From Planctomycetota bacterium (GTDB taxonomy: Bacteria > Planctomycetota > B15-G4), in the NCBI GenBank assembly GCA_038212275.1, contig JBBQUR010000014.1, positions 73,533 to 137,532 of the forward strand: a DNA stretch of 64,000 bases. Direction: 5' to 3'. Position numbers and translations under genes: made by a program. The notes below the pieces were generated by a model that did no database searches, was not told the origin of the DNA, and worked only from the letters and a program-made list of their open reading frames with translations. This document shows, one piece after another, positions 28,949 through 37,700 of the stretch. The first letter of the stretch is position 1, and every line of letters begins with the position of its first letter.

Positions 28949-29813
28949 GTTCGAATCCGCCGGCTGGCCAGGGACTCTGCACGCCGTCGCGCAGCAGCCA
29001 CAGGGACAGAGCTTGCGTGAGCGTGCCGATCTCGCAAAGTCCCGCGGGGGATGAAATTCCGGAGGGCAGCGCGAGCAGCAATTCGAAGTCCTCGCCATCG
29101 CCCAGCGCCGCCTTCAGGCGGTCCCCGTCGGCGGGCACGTCGGCATGGATGGGGATGGCTGCGGCCTCCACCACGGCGCCGCAGCCGCTTGCAGCGCAGA
29201 GCTGGCGCAGATTGCGGGACAGCCCGTCCGAGAGATCGAGGCAGGCATGCACCGGCACGCCGGACGCGCGCAACTCCGCGACGACGTCGGTGCGCGGCTG
29301 CACCGCGAGATGCCGCCCGAGCCCCGCGCCGCCCAGCGGCCCGCTGACCCAGAGCCTGTCGCCGGGCCGACCGCCCGAGCGCAGCCAGGGCGGCCCGCCG
29401 TGACAGCGCCCCCGGGCGGCGACGGCAAAGGCCAGGCAGCCTGGCGGGCTGCGCTTGGTGTCGCCGCCGGCGATCACGACGCCGAAACGCTCGGCCCAGC
29501 GGACGAGTGCGGCGGCCAGAGCGCGGCCGTCGCTGCCCGGCGGCAGCAGCGCGCCGACGTGCACCGTCTCCGGCAACGCCCCCATCGCGCAGAGGTCCGA
29601 CAGGGGCCGCCCGAGCGCCTTGCGCACGACAAGGTCGGGGTCGGTGCCCGCAAGGAAGTGGCTGCCTTCGACGGTCGCGTCGAGACACAGCACGGTGCCG
29701 TCCGCGAACACGGCCGCGTCGTCGCCGGGGCCGACGCGCACGTCGCCCGTCGGCCCGCCCCTGCCTGCGGTGAGCCATGCGATGAACTCGCTCTCGCGGA
29801 AGGGCCGGCTCAT
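28938..29813 (-). CDS. thiL: Thiamine-monophosphate kinase
   Basis: E.EFI, GPGDDAA, EGSHF, SDLCAMGA.P, GGDT, RSG..PGD, DLSDGL, GEDFELL. Confidence 0.93.
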   Translation of the reverse strand: MSRPFRESEFIAWLTAGRGGPTGDVRVGPGDDAAVFADGTVLCLDATVEGSHFLAGTDPDLVVRKALGRPLSDLCAMGALPETVHVGALLPPGSDGRALAAALVRWAERFGVVIAGGDTKRSPPGCLAFAVAARGRCHGGPPWLRSGGRPGDRLWVSGPLGGAGLGRHLAVQPRTDVVAELRASGVPVHACLDLSDGLSRNLRQLCAASGCGAVVEAAAIPIHADVPADGDRLKAALGDGEDFELLLALPSGISSPAGLCEIGTLTQALSLWLLRDGVQSPWPAGGFEHEF

Positions 29814-30445
29814 CGCAGGCGCCCGCTGGCAGGGTCGGTGCGGGCGTCGAGCGCCGCGCGCAGGTCGGCCGCGGCCGTGCGCGGATCGTGCGCGTCGGCG
29901 ATCGCGCGGATGACGGCGACGCCGGCGAGGCCCGCAGGCAGCGCCGGCACGTCGGCCGCGCTCAGGCCGCCGAGCGCGAACACCGGCGTGGAGGCGCAGC
30001 GAGCGAGCACCGAGCGCACTTGATCGTCGCGCAGCAGCGGCCGGGGCCGGCTGAGATGCGTCCCGCGGAAGGGCGAGAGCAGCAGCAGGTCGGCGGCCAG
30101 GTCCTGCTCCTGCAACGGCCAGTGCGCCGAGCGGCCGATGACAAGCCGCGGCGCGCGTTCCCGCACCTCGGTGACGGGCGCGCCGTCGAAGCCGAGATGC
30201 ACGCCGTCGGCGCGGCAGGCGAGCGCCAGGGCCGTGTCGGTGTGGATGAACAGCCGGGCGCCGCTGCGGCGCACCGCGGCCGCCAGTGCATGAGCGAGTC
30301 CGGCGCGTGCTGCCTTGTCGAGCTGCCGCTCGCGCAGCAGCAGCAGCTTCGCGCCGCCATCGAGGGCAGCCCCGGCCAGCCGCAGCGTCTCCGTGGGCGC
30401 CCGCGTGCCGGGCGTGATGAACAGCAGCCCGGCCGGCGCCGTCAG
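29810..30445 (-). CDS. thiE: Thiamine phosphate synthase (ThiE/TenI family); apparent CTG start
   Basis: LLFIT, GGAKLLLLRER, ADGVHLG, IGRSAH, PVFALGG, GVAVIRAI; conserved N-terminus lies upstream of the track start 30274. Confidence 0.75.
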   Translation of the reverse strand: MTAPAGLLFITPGTRAPTETLRLAGAALDGGAKLLLLRERQLDKAARAGLAHALAAAVRRSGARLFIHTDTALALACRADGVHLGFDGAPVTEVRERAPRLVIGRSAHWPLQEQDLAADLLLLSPFRGTHLSRPRPLLRDDQVRSVLARCASTPVFALGGLSAADVPALPAGLAGVAVIRAIADAHDPRTAAADLRAALDARTDPASGRLR

Positions 30446-32613
30446 GACGGTTCGCCTTCAAGGAACACGCCGAGCGGTTCGAGCAGAGCGGCGAGCCGCG
30501 CGCGCGGCAGTTCGGGGGACATGAGCAGCGCCGTCGGCGACAGGCGCTCGATCACGAAGGGCCGCAGGGCGGGGTCGTGCAGCACGCGGTCGAGGACTTC
30601 CTTGTTGCGGCCGCGCACGAGCGACACTGTGGCCTGCGTGACGAACTTGACCTTTCCGGCCCACTGGCCGATGGAGTAGATCACGTTCTGCGGCACTTCC
30701 ACGCGGCTGTGCTCGGACAGCGTGCGCAGGATGGAGGCGGGATCGAGTCCCTCCGCGACGGCCTTCTCGACCGACGCGACGGTGATGCGGTAGCGATAGA
30801 CGGAGTCGCTGGCCGTGCGCTCCGCGAACCGGTCAAGTTCCGTGACGAGGTCGTAGGTGCTGCCGTCCGGGAACAGCATGATCTCGAAGTCGGGGTTGAC
30901 GATCAGCGGCGAGCTGCGGTCGAACTCCGACTCCGGAACGACCATGCCCAGCGCCTTGGCGCCGAGAGCCGTGAGCCGCAGCAGGCCCGGATTGCCGTCC
31001 ACGTCGGCGATGTCGATCAGCCCGAAGAGGAAAAGGCGCTCCCGCGCCCACGTCGTGAGCGCCTGAGCAAGCTGATGCGGGTCGCGCATGCCGGTCTGCT
31101 GCGCGAACTGGTAGCGGCTCTGGAAGCGGTCGCGCACGCCGAAGAGGTCGAGGTTGGCGAGATAGCGATTGCGCGCGGCGAAGGCCGGTGCGTGGATGTC
31201 CACCCAGGTGTTGATCTTCAGCTCGCGCAGCCGGTCCAGATACAGCGCGAGCAGGCGTTCGCCGTGGAAGGGCTCGACCTCCAACACCCAGTGCCGGTCC
31301 GCGAATTTCAGCAGCCGCGAAAGCTTCTTCTCGAGCGGCGTGCGGTCCCAGCTGCGGCCCTTCACCGTGAGCACCACGCTGCGGTCCGGGCCGCGCTCGA
31401 GCATCGACTGCGCCTGGCTGAACTCGAACAGGTATTCGAAGAGCCACGCGCCGGTGAAGCCCGAGCTGTGACCCAGGATGAAGGACTCCTCCAGCTTGCG
31501 AACCGCCGTGCGGTAGACCTTGCCGGACAGCGTGAGCCGGATCGGGTTGTGCTCGACGTAGGAGAGGAAGGCCGACACGTCGGAGATGAGGTCCACGCCG
31601 AGGCTGTGCGCCGCGGAGATGCGCGGCTGTTCCGGCGCAAGGCAGGCGCGCATGGCGCCGACCAGCTCTTCGAAGACCACGACGACCTCATCGAACTGGT
31701 GCACGCCGTATTCGCCGAGCGAGACGTGGCGCACGGTGCCGAGCAGGTTGCTCTCGAGCGCATCCTGGAGCAGCTTGCGATTCCAGCGCCCGAGACTCTT
31801 GTGATTCTTCTCGAGCATCGTGCGACCGGCGACGCCGCCATAGGAGCACACCACCAGCTTGAGCAGCTCGAGGTGCCGCGGGTTGTCGATGCGCGCGAGG
31901 CGCTGCGCCACCGAGGCAGGCTCGGCCAGCCGCAGCGCCGCCTGCGCGTGCTCATCGAGATGCGATGAGGTGGCGGAACGCGGCACGTCGTCGCCGGCGC
32001 TGCCGAGGTGCAGCGTCAGCAGGGCCGACAATTCCTTGCGGTCCACCAGTCGCGTGAGCTGTCCGAGCAGAGTGAAGGTTTCCTCCACCGTGCGATCGTC
32101 GTCCCAGATGAACGCCTGCAGCAGGTCGCCCAGCTCGCACGGAACGAGGTAGCTGTCGCCGCCCGGGCCGCCGGAGGGGTCGGTGTGGGCTGGCGGGCGC
32201 GGCCCGGGCTGGCCGTTGGCGTCACCGTTCGAGGTCGTCGAGACGAAGAGGAAGCCGCGCTTGAGCAGCGCGTTGATCGCGGCCTTCAGCTCGAAGGGCG
32301 ACAGGTAGCCGAAGGAGCGGCTGCCTGTCACGTTGACGAGGTCCGCGCGGTAGCCCTCGCCACGCAGGAAGAACTTCAGCAGGTCCACCAGCTTCTTGGA
32401 CAGGAACTTGACGCGCTTGCGGACCGACTTCTCGGACGACATGCGCCTCTGGAGTTCGCCGATGAGGCGCTCCGTGGTGTCGGGCTCCGGGCCGTGCCCG
32501 TCCCAGAACGAGAGCAGCTCGCGCAGCTCCTGCGGCGCCCGGTTCTGGAGCGCTGCCTGCAAGGCGACGCCCCTCACGGCCGCATGCACTGTCGTGATGT
32601 CCCGCTCGACCAC
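30442..32613 (-). CDS. XPB-associated protein with C-terminal Helicase_C_3 (XPB-binding, p52/Tfb2-like) domain
   Basis: LIVNPDFEIML...ELDRFAE...YRYRIT..SV.KA...G.....IL..L..HS...VPQNV...I..W; winged-helix-like segments; next to xpb. Confidence 0.85.
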   Translation of the reverse strand: MVERDITTVHAAVRGVALQAALQNRAPQELRELLSFWDGHGPEPDTTERLIGELQRRMSSEKSVRKRVKFLSKKLVDLLKFFLRGEGYRADLVNVTGSRSFGYLSPFELKAAINALLKRGFLFVSTTSNGDANGQPGPRPPAHTDPSGGPGGDSYLVPCELGDLLQAFIWDDDRTVEETFTLLGQLTRLVDRKELSALLTLHLGSAGDDVPRSATSSHLDEHAQAALRLAEPASVAQRLARIDNPRHLELLKLVVCSYGGVAGRTMLEKNHKSLGRWNRKLLQDALESNLLGTVRHVSLGEYGVHQFDEVVVVFEELVGAMRACLAPEQPRISAAHSLGVDLISDVSAFLSYVEHNPIRLTLSGKVYRTAVRKLEESFILGHSSGFTGAWLFEYLFEFSQAQSMLERGPDRSVVLTVKGRSWDRTPLEKKLSRLLKFADRHWVLEVEPFHGERLLALYLDRLRELKINTWVDIHAPAFAARNRYLANLDLFGVRDRFQSRYQFAQQTGMRDPHQLAQALTTWARERLFLFGLIDIADVDGNPGLLRLTALGAKALGMVVPESEFDRSSPLIVNPDFEIMLFPDGSTYDLVTELDRFAERTASDSVYRYRITVASVEKAVAEGLDPASILRTLSEHSRVEVPQNVIYSIGQWAGKVKFVTQATVSLVRGRNKEVLDRVLHDPALRPFVIERLSPTALLMSPELPRARLAALLEPLGVFLEGEPS

Positions 32614-32972
32614 ATATTGATCCCGGGGTGCAGAATCTGAGGAGTCTAAGAGATCCTCGGGCCCAGCGGGAGGGGTTACCGGCCGGATCGCGGAGCCTGT
32701 TCCGCAGCGAGCCCTGCCCTCGCGTCCCGATCATCGCTGAGCGACCCGGGCTGTCCGCGGCCGGAATCCCGGCCCGCACCCGAGGTCGGCCTCAGCAGCG
32801 AGCAGCGCCCGAGATCTCCTCGAACCGTGGCCCCGGGGCCCACTCCCGGCCCCGCCGGCCCGGCCGCACCGGGCCCTCTCATGCGGGCGCAGCCTGCCAG
32901 CCCTCGCAACAGCCCCCACGCCGCGCGCCCCGTGCGCTGACGACGCCGAACTCCCGCAGAGCCCGCCCACCT

Positions 32973-33009
32973 CGCAGCCTTCGGCGGCGCCCCGCCGCCG
33001 AAGGCTGCG
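32973..33009. terminator. Perfect 17-bp GC-rich hairpin downstream of xpb (terminator or processing site candidate; no U-tract)
   Basis: CGCAGCCTTCGGCGGCG-CCC-CGCCGCCGAAGGCTGCG. Confidence 0.55.
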
Positions 33010-33014
33010 GGCTC

Positions 33015-33052
33015 TCGCGACATCGCCCGGCTACAGCCGGGCGATGTCGCGA
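33015..33052. repeat. Perfect 18-bp inverted repeat straddling the xpb stop codon
   Basis: TCGCGACATCGCCCGGCT-AC-AGCCGGGCGATGTCGCGA. Confidence 0.85.
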
Positions 33053-34710
33053 ATCTCGTACGTATATCCCTGCTCGGTGAGGAAGAGCTGGCGGTTGTTC
33101 GCGAAGTGTTCCTCGCGGCTGTCGCGGGTCACGATGGAATAGAAGATCGCCGGGCGCTTGTCGGACTTGGGGCGCAGGATGCGGCCGAGGCGCTGAGCTT
33201 CCTCCTGCCGGCTGCCGAAGGTGCCCGAGACCTGGATGGCCACGTTGGCATCGGGCAGGTCCACCGCGAAGTTGCCGACCTTGCTCACCGCGAGCAGCTT
33301 CAGGTCCCCGTCGCGAAAGCGTTTGTAGAGGTCCTCGCGCTCTTTCGTCGGCGTGCGTCCCGAGATGAGCGGGCAGCCCAGTTCGCGCGCCAGCTCGTCG
33401 AGCTGGTCGAGGTACTGGCCGATGATGAGCACGCGGTCGTCCTTGTGGCGTTCGACGAGCTGGCGCACGGTCGTGAGCTTGTCGGGGTTCTCGCTCGCGA
33501 TGCGGAACTTGTCGCGGCTGCCGGCCTGCTGGTAGGTGAAGCTCGCCTCGGTCACCAGCGGCAGGCGCACCTCCACGCAATGCGCCGTGGCGATCCAGCC
33601 CTGCCGCTCCAGGATCTTCCACGGCACGTCGTACTTCTTGGGGCCGATGAGCGAGAAGACCTCGTCCTCGTGGCCGTCCTCGCGCACGAGCGTGGCCGTG
33701 AGCCCGAGCCGTCGCCGCGCCTGGATTTCCGCCGTCACGCGGAACACCGGTGCGGGCAGCAGGTGCACTTCGTCGTAGATGACCAGGCCCCAGTCGCGCG
33801 CGGAGAAAAGCGCGAAGTGACCGAACTCGCCGGTCTGGCGGCGGCGATACGTGAGCATCTGGTAGGTGGAGATGGTCACGGGGCAGACGGCCTTGCTGTC
33901 GCCTGTGTACTCGCCGATCTGATCCTCGCCGAGCGTGGTCTTGTCGAGCAGCTCCGTGCGCCACTGCCGGACGGCGATCGTGTTCGTCGTGAGGATGAGG
34001 CACTGCGTCTGCAGCCGGTGCAGGCAGCCGATGCCGACGACGGTCTTGCCCGCGCCGCACGGCAGCACCACGACGCCGCTGCCGCCCTTCTCGGTGCCGC
34101 CCGCGTGGAAGACGTCCGCGGCCTCCGCCTGGTACGGGCGCAGGCCGAAGGGGCCGCCCGAGCCGAGGCAGGTCTCGCGCAGCGCGAAGGGCAGCGCGGC
34201 GCCCGAGGTGTAGCCGGCGAGATCCTCGACCGGATAGCCGATGCGGATGAGCGCCTGCTTGACCTCGCCGCGCAACGCCTCGTGCACCGTCAGGCCGCCC
34301 GGCACCGGTCGCCCGCGATCGAAGAAGCGCTTGAGCTGCGTGTCGCCGCCGATGCGCGCGAGCAGCGCGCTGTCCGGCGACACGAGCACGAGCGCCTCGT
34401 CCTGCCGCTGCAGGCGCAGGAGGCCGAAGCGCCGGATGTTGTCCTCGATGTCGCGCTCGACGTTGGGCGGCACCGGATAGCGCGATTGCTCGGTGAGGAA
34501 GCGGATGATGCGCTCGGCCGACAGTCCCGCCGCGGCGGCATTCCAGATGGAGAGCGGCGTGATGCGGTAGGTGTGCACGTGCTCGGGACTCTTCTCGAGC
34601 TCCGCGAACAGCGCGAGCATGTCGCGCGCCTCGACGTAGCCGTCGGCGTGCACCTCGGCGAGGATGGTGCGGTCCCCCTGGACCGTGAGCGGACGTCCGC
34701 TGCCGTTCAC
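33031..34710 (-). CDS. XPB/Ssl2/Rad25-family SF2 DNA helicase
   Basis: N-terminal FAELEKSPEHVHTYRITPLSIWNA, LRPYQ, LPCGAGKT, DEVH, GLTAT, RED motif (LVREDG), QRLGRILR; GTG overlaps the uvrA stop. Confidence 0.96.
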   Translation of the reverse strand: MNGSGRPLTVQGDRTILAEVHADGYVEARDMLALFAELEKSPEHVHTYRITPLSIWNAAAAGLSAERIIRFLTEQSRYPVPPNVERDIEDNIRRFGLLRLQRQDEALVLVSPDSALLARIGGDTQLKRFFDRGRPVPGGLTVHEALRGEVKQALIRIGYPVEDLAGYTSGAALPFALRETCLGSGGPFGLRPYQAEAADVFHAGGTEKGGSGVVVLPCGAGKTVVGIGCLHRLQTQCLILTTNTIAVRQWRTELLDKTTLGEDQIGEYTGDSKAVCPVTISTYQMLTYRRRQTGEFGHFALFSARDWGLVIYDEVHLLPAPVFRVTAEIQARRRLGLTATLVREDGHEDEVFSLIGPKKYDVPWKILERQGWIATAHCVEVRLPLVTEASFTYQQAGSRDKFRIASENPDKLTTVRQLVERHKDDRVLIIGQYLDQLDELARELGCPLISGRTPTKEREDLYKRFRDGDLKLLAVSKVGNFAVDLPDANVAIQVSGTFGSRQEEAQRLGRILRPKSDKRPAIFYSIVTRDSREEHFANNRQLFLTEQGYTYEIRDIARL

Positions 34711-37700
34711 GTGCGTGCTCCGCGCCGGCCGCGCGGCCTGCCTTTGCCGAGGCCCGCTGCCGCGTCGACTCCGCCCGGGAGCACCGGCGCCGCGCGAAGG
34801 AAGCGGCCGGTGTGGCTCTGCGCGCAGGCCGCCACGGTCTCGGGTGAACCCGCGACGACGAGCTGTCCGCCTCCGGCCCCGCCCTCGGGACCGAGGTCGA
34901 TGACCCAGTCGGCCGACTTGATGACGTCGATGTTGTGCTCGATGACGACCACCGTGTTGCCCTGCTCCACCATGCGCTGAAGCACGACCAGCAGGCGCGC
35001 GACGTCAGACATGTGCAGGCCCGTCGTGGGCTCGTCAAGCACGATCAGGGCACGCCCCGTGCCGGGGCGACCGAGCTCGGCCGCGAGCTTGACCCGCTGG
35101 GCCTCGCCGCCCGACAGCGTCGTCGCCGGCTGCCCGAGCTTCAAGTACCCGAGCCCCACTTCGTCGAAGAGCGCGAGCTTGCGATGGATGCCCGTGTGGC
35201 CCTCGAAGACTCCCAGCGCCTGGTCCACCTCGAGGTCCAGCACGTCGGCGATCGAGAGCCCCTTCCAGCGCACCTCGAGCGTCTGGCGGTTGAAGCGCCG
35301 CCCGTTGCAGCTCTCGCACGGCAGCTGCACGTCCGAGAGGAAGTGCATCTCGATGATCTCGACGCCGCGGCCCTGGCAGGTTTCGCAGCGGCCGCCCGCG
35401 ACGTTGGAGGAGAAACGCCCGGCGAGGAAGCCGCGCATGCGCGCCTCGGGCGTCGACGCGAAGAGCGCGCGGATGTCGTCGAAGGCCCCGCAGTACGTGG
35501 CGGCATTGCTCGTCGGCGAGCGCCCGAGCGGCGACTGGTCGATCTCGAGCAGCCGGTCGAAGCAGCTCGCCCCGTCGATGCCGTCGAGCTTGATCGCGCC
35601 CTCGCCAAGGCCCTCGAGCTGCGCGCGCACCGCCGGCACGAGCAGCCCGGACACGAGGCTGGACTTGCCCGAGCCGGACACGCCGGTCACCACCGTGAAG
35701 AGCCCGGCGGGGAAGCGCACGTCGAGCCCTGCGAGGTTGTGCAGGCGCGCGCCACGCAGCTCGATCCCCTGCGCTCCCGGCTCGCGGCGGGCGCGCGGCT
35801 CCACGCGCAATGCCCCGGACAGCCAGCCGCCCGTCACCGAGTCGGGGTTGGAGAGCAGCGCGGACGGCGTGCCCTGCGCCACGATGCGTCCGCCCCGCGT
35901 GCCCGCGCCGGGCCCCACGTCGATGACGTGGTCCGCGGCTTCGATCGTCTGCTGGTCGTGCTCGACGACGAGGATGGTGTTGCCCAGGTCGCGCAGCTCG
36001 CGCAGCGTGTCGAGCAGGCGCCCCTGGTCGCGCGGATGCAGGCCGATGGACGGCTCGTCCAGCACGTAGAGCACGCCGACGAGGCGGTTGCCGAGCTGAC
36101 TGGCGAGGCGGATGCGCTGCGCCTCGCCACCCGAGAGAGTGGACGCGGGCCGGTCGAGCGACAGGTAGTTCAGACCCACGTTCACGAGGAAGCCGAGGCG
36201 ATTGCCGATCTCGCGCAGCACATCCACGGCGATGTGGCGCTCGTGGGCGGGCAGGTCCAGCGCATCGAACCATGCGCGCGCGTCTCCTACCGTGAGCTCG
36301 GCGACCTGCCGGATGTTGAGGCCGCCGACGGTGGTCGCGAGCGCCGCGGGCCGCAGGCGTCCGCCCTTGCAGCTCGGGCATGGCCCGACGTGCAGCAGCT
36401 CCGTGAGCGCGGCCTGCCACCAGCCGTCATTGCCCGCGCTGCGCCACCAGCCCTCCACCGTGGTGAGCAGGCCATCCCACTCCACGCGGTACTCGTAGCT
36501 GCGCGACTGGCCGGCGCTCTTGCGCGCATAACTGACCTCCACCGGGGCGCGCACGCCCGTGCCGCGCAGCGCGGCGGCGCGGAACTTGGCCGGCAGCGAT
36601 TTCCACGGATCACGCAGTTCGACGTCCATGGACTCCGCGAGGCGCACCAGCACCTGGCGCTGCAGGCTGTCGGGCCGCGCCAGGAATTTCCCGACGCGCG
36701 AATTCATCGCGCCGCCGAACAGAGGCCGGCCCGGGCTGTCGATGAGCCGCTTCTCGTCCGCGACCTGCTTGCTTCCCAGTCCCTCGCAGGTCTCGCACGC
36801 GCCGGCGTGGCTGTTGAACGAGAACATGCGCGGCGAGAGCTCGCCTTCCAGCGCCGTGCCGCAGCGCGCACAGGCGGCGCGCGCCTCGTAATCGATCGTG
36901 CTGCCGTCGGCGAGGTGGGCGCGCGCGAGGCCAAGTCCGCGCTGCTGCGCCGAGGCCAGCGCCTCGGCGAGGCGCGCGCGGTGTGCGGCATCCGCACTCG
37001 TGCGATCGATGATCAGTTCGACGCTGCGCTGCGCCGACACCTCGGGCAAGGCGTCGAGCCGCACCTCGACGCCGTCCAGTCGCGCGCGCACGAAACCGTC
37101 CTTGCGCAGCTCGGCGGACAGCGCCGCGATCTCGTCGGGGCGCGTGAGCGCCGTGCGGTGGTTGTGCTCGGCGCTCCACAGCGGCGCGGCGATGACCACC
37201 TTGGCGCCGCCCGCACGCGCGACGAGGTCCGCGGCCGCCGCCGAGGCACTCCAGGCCTTCAGCTCGCGTCCGCAGGTCCAGCAGTGCGGATGACCGACGC
37301 GCCCGAAGAGCAGGCGCAGATAGTCGTGCACCTCCGTGGTGGTCGCGACCGTCGAGCGGGGATTGCGCGTGGAGGTCTTCTGGTCGATGGCGATGGCTGG
37401 CGCCAGTCCGTCGATGGAGTCCACCGGCGGGCGGTCCATGCGCTCGAGGAAACGCCGCGCATACGTGGAGAGGCTCTCGACGAAGCGCCGCTGCCCCTCG
37501 GCGAAGATCGTGTCGAAGGCGAGGCTGGTCTTGCCCGAACCCGACGGCCCGGTGACCACCGTGAGCTTGCCGTGCGGCACGGTGACGTCCACGGACTGCA
37601 GGTTGTGCAGCGAGGCCCCGCGCACGACGAGGTCATGGCCGACCACCGCCGCCTCGGGCGACTTGCGCTTCGGGCGGATGGACGCCTTGCGCGGCAGCAG

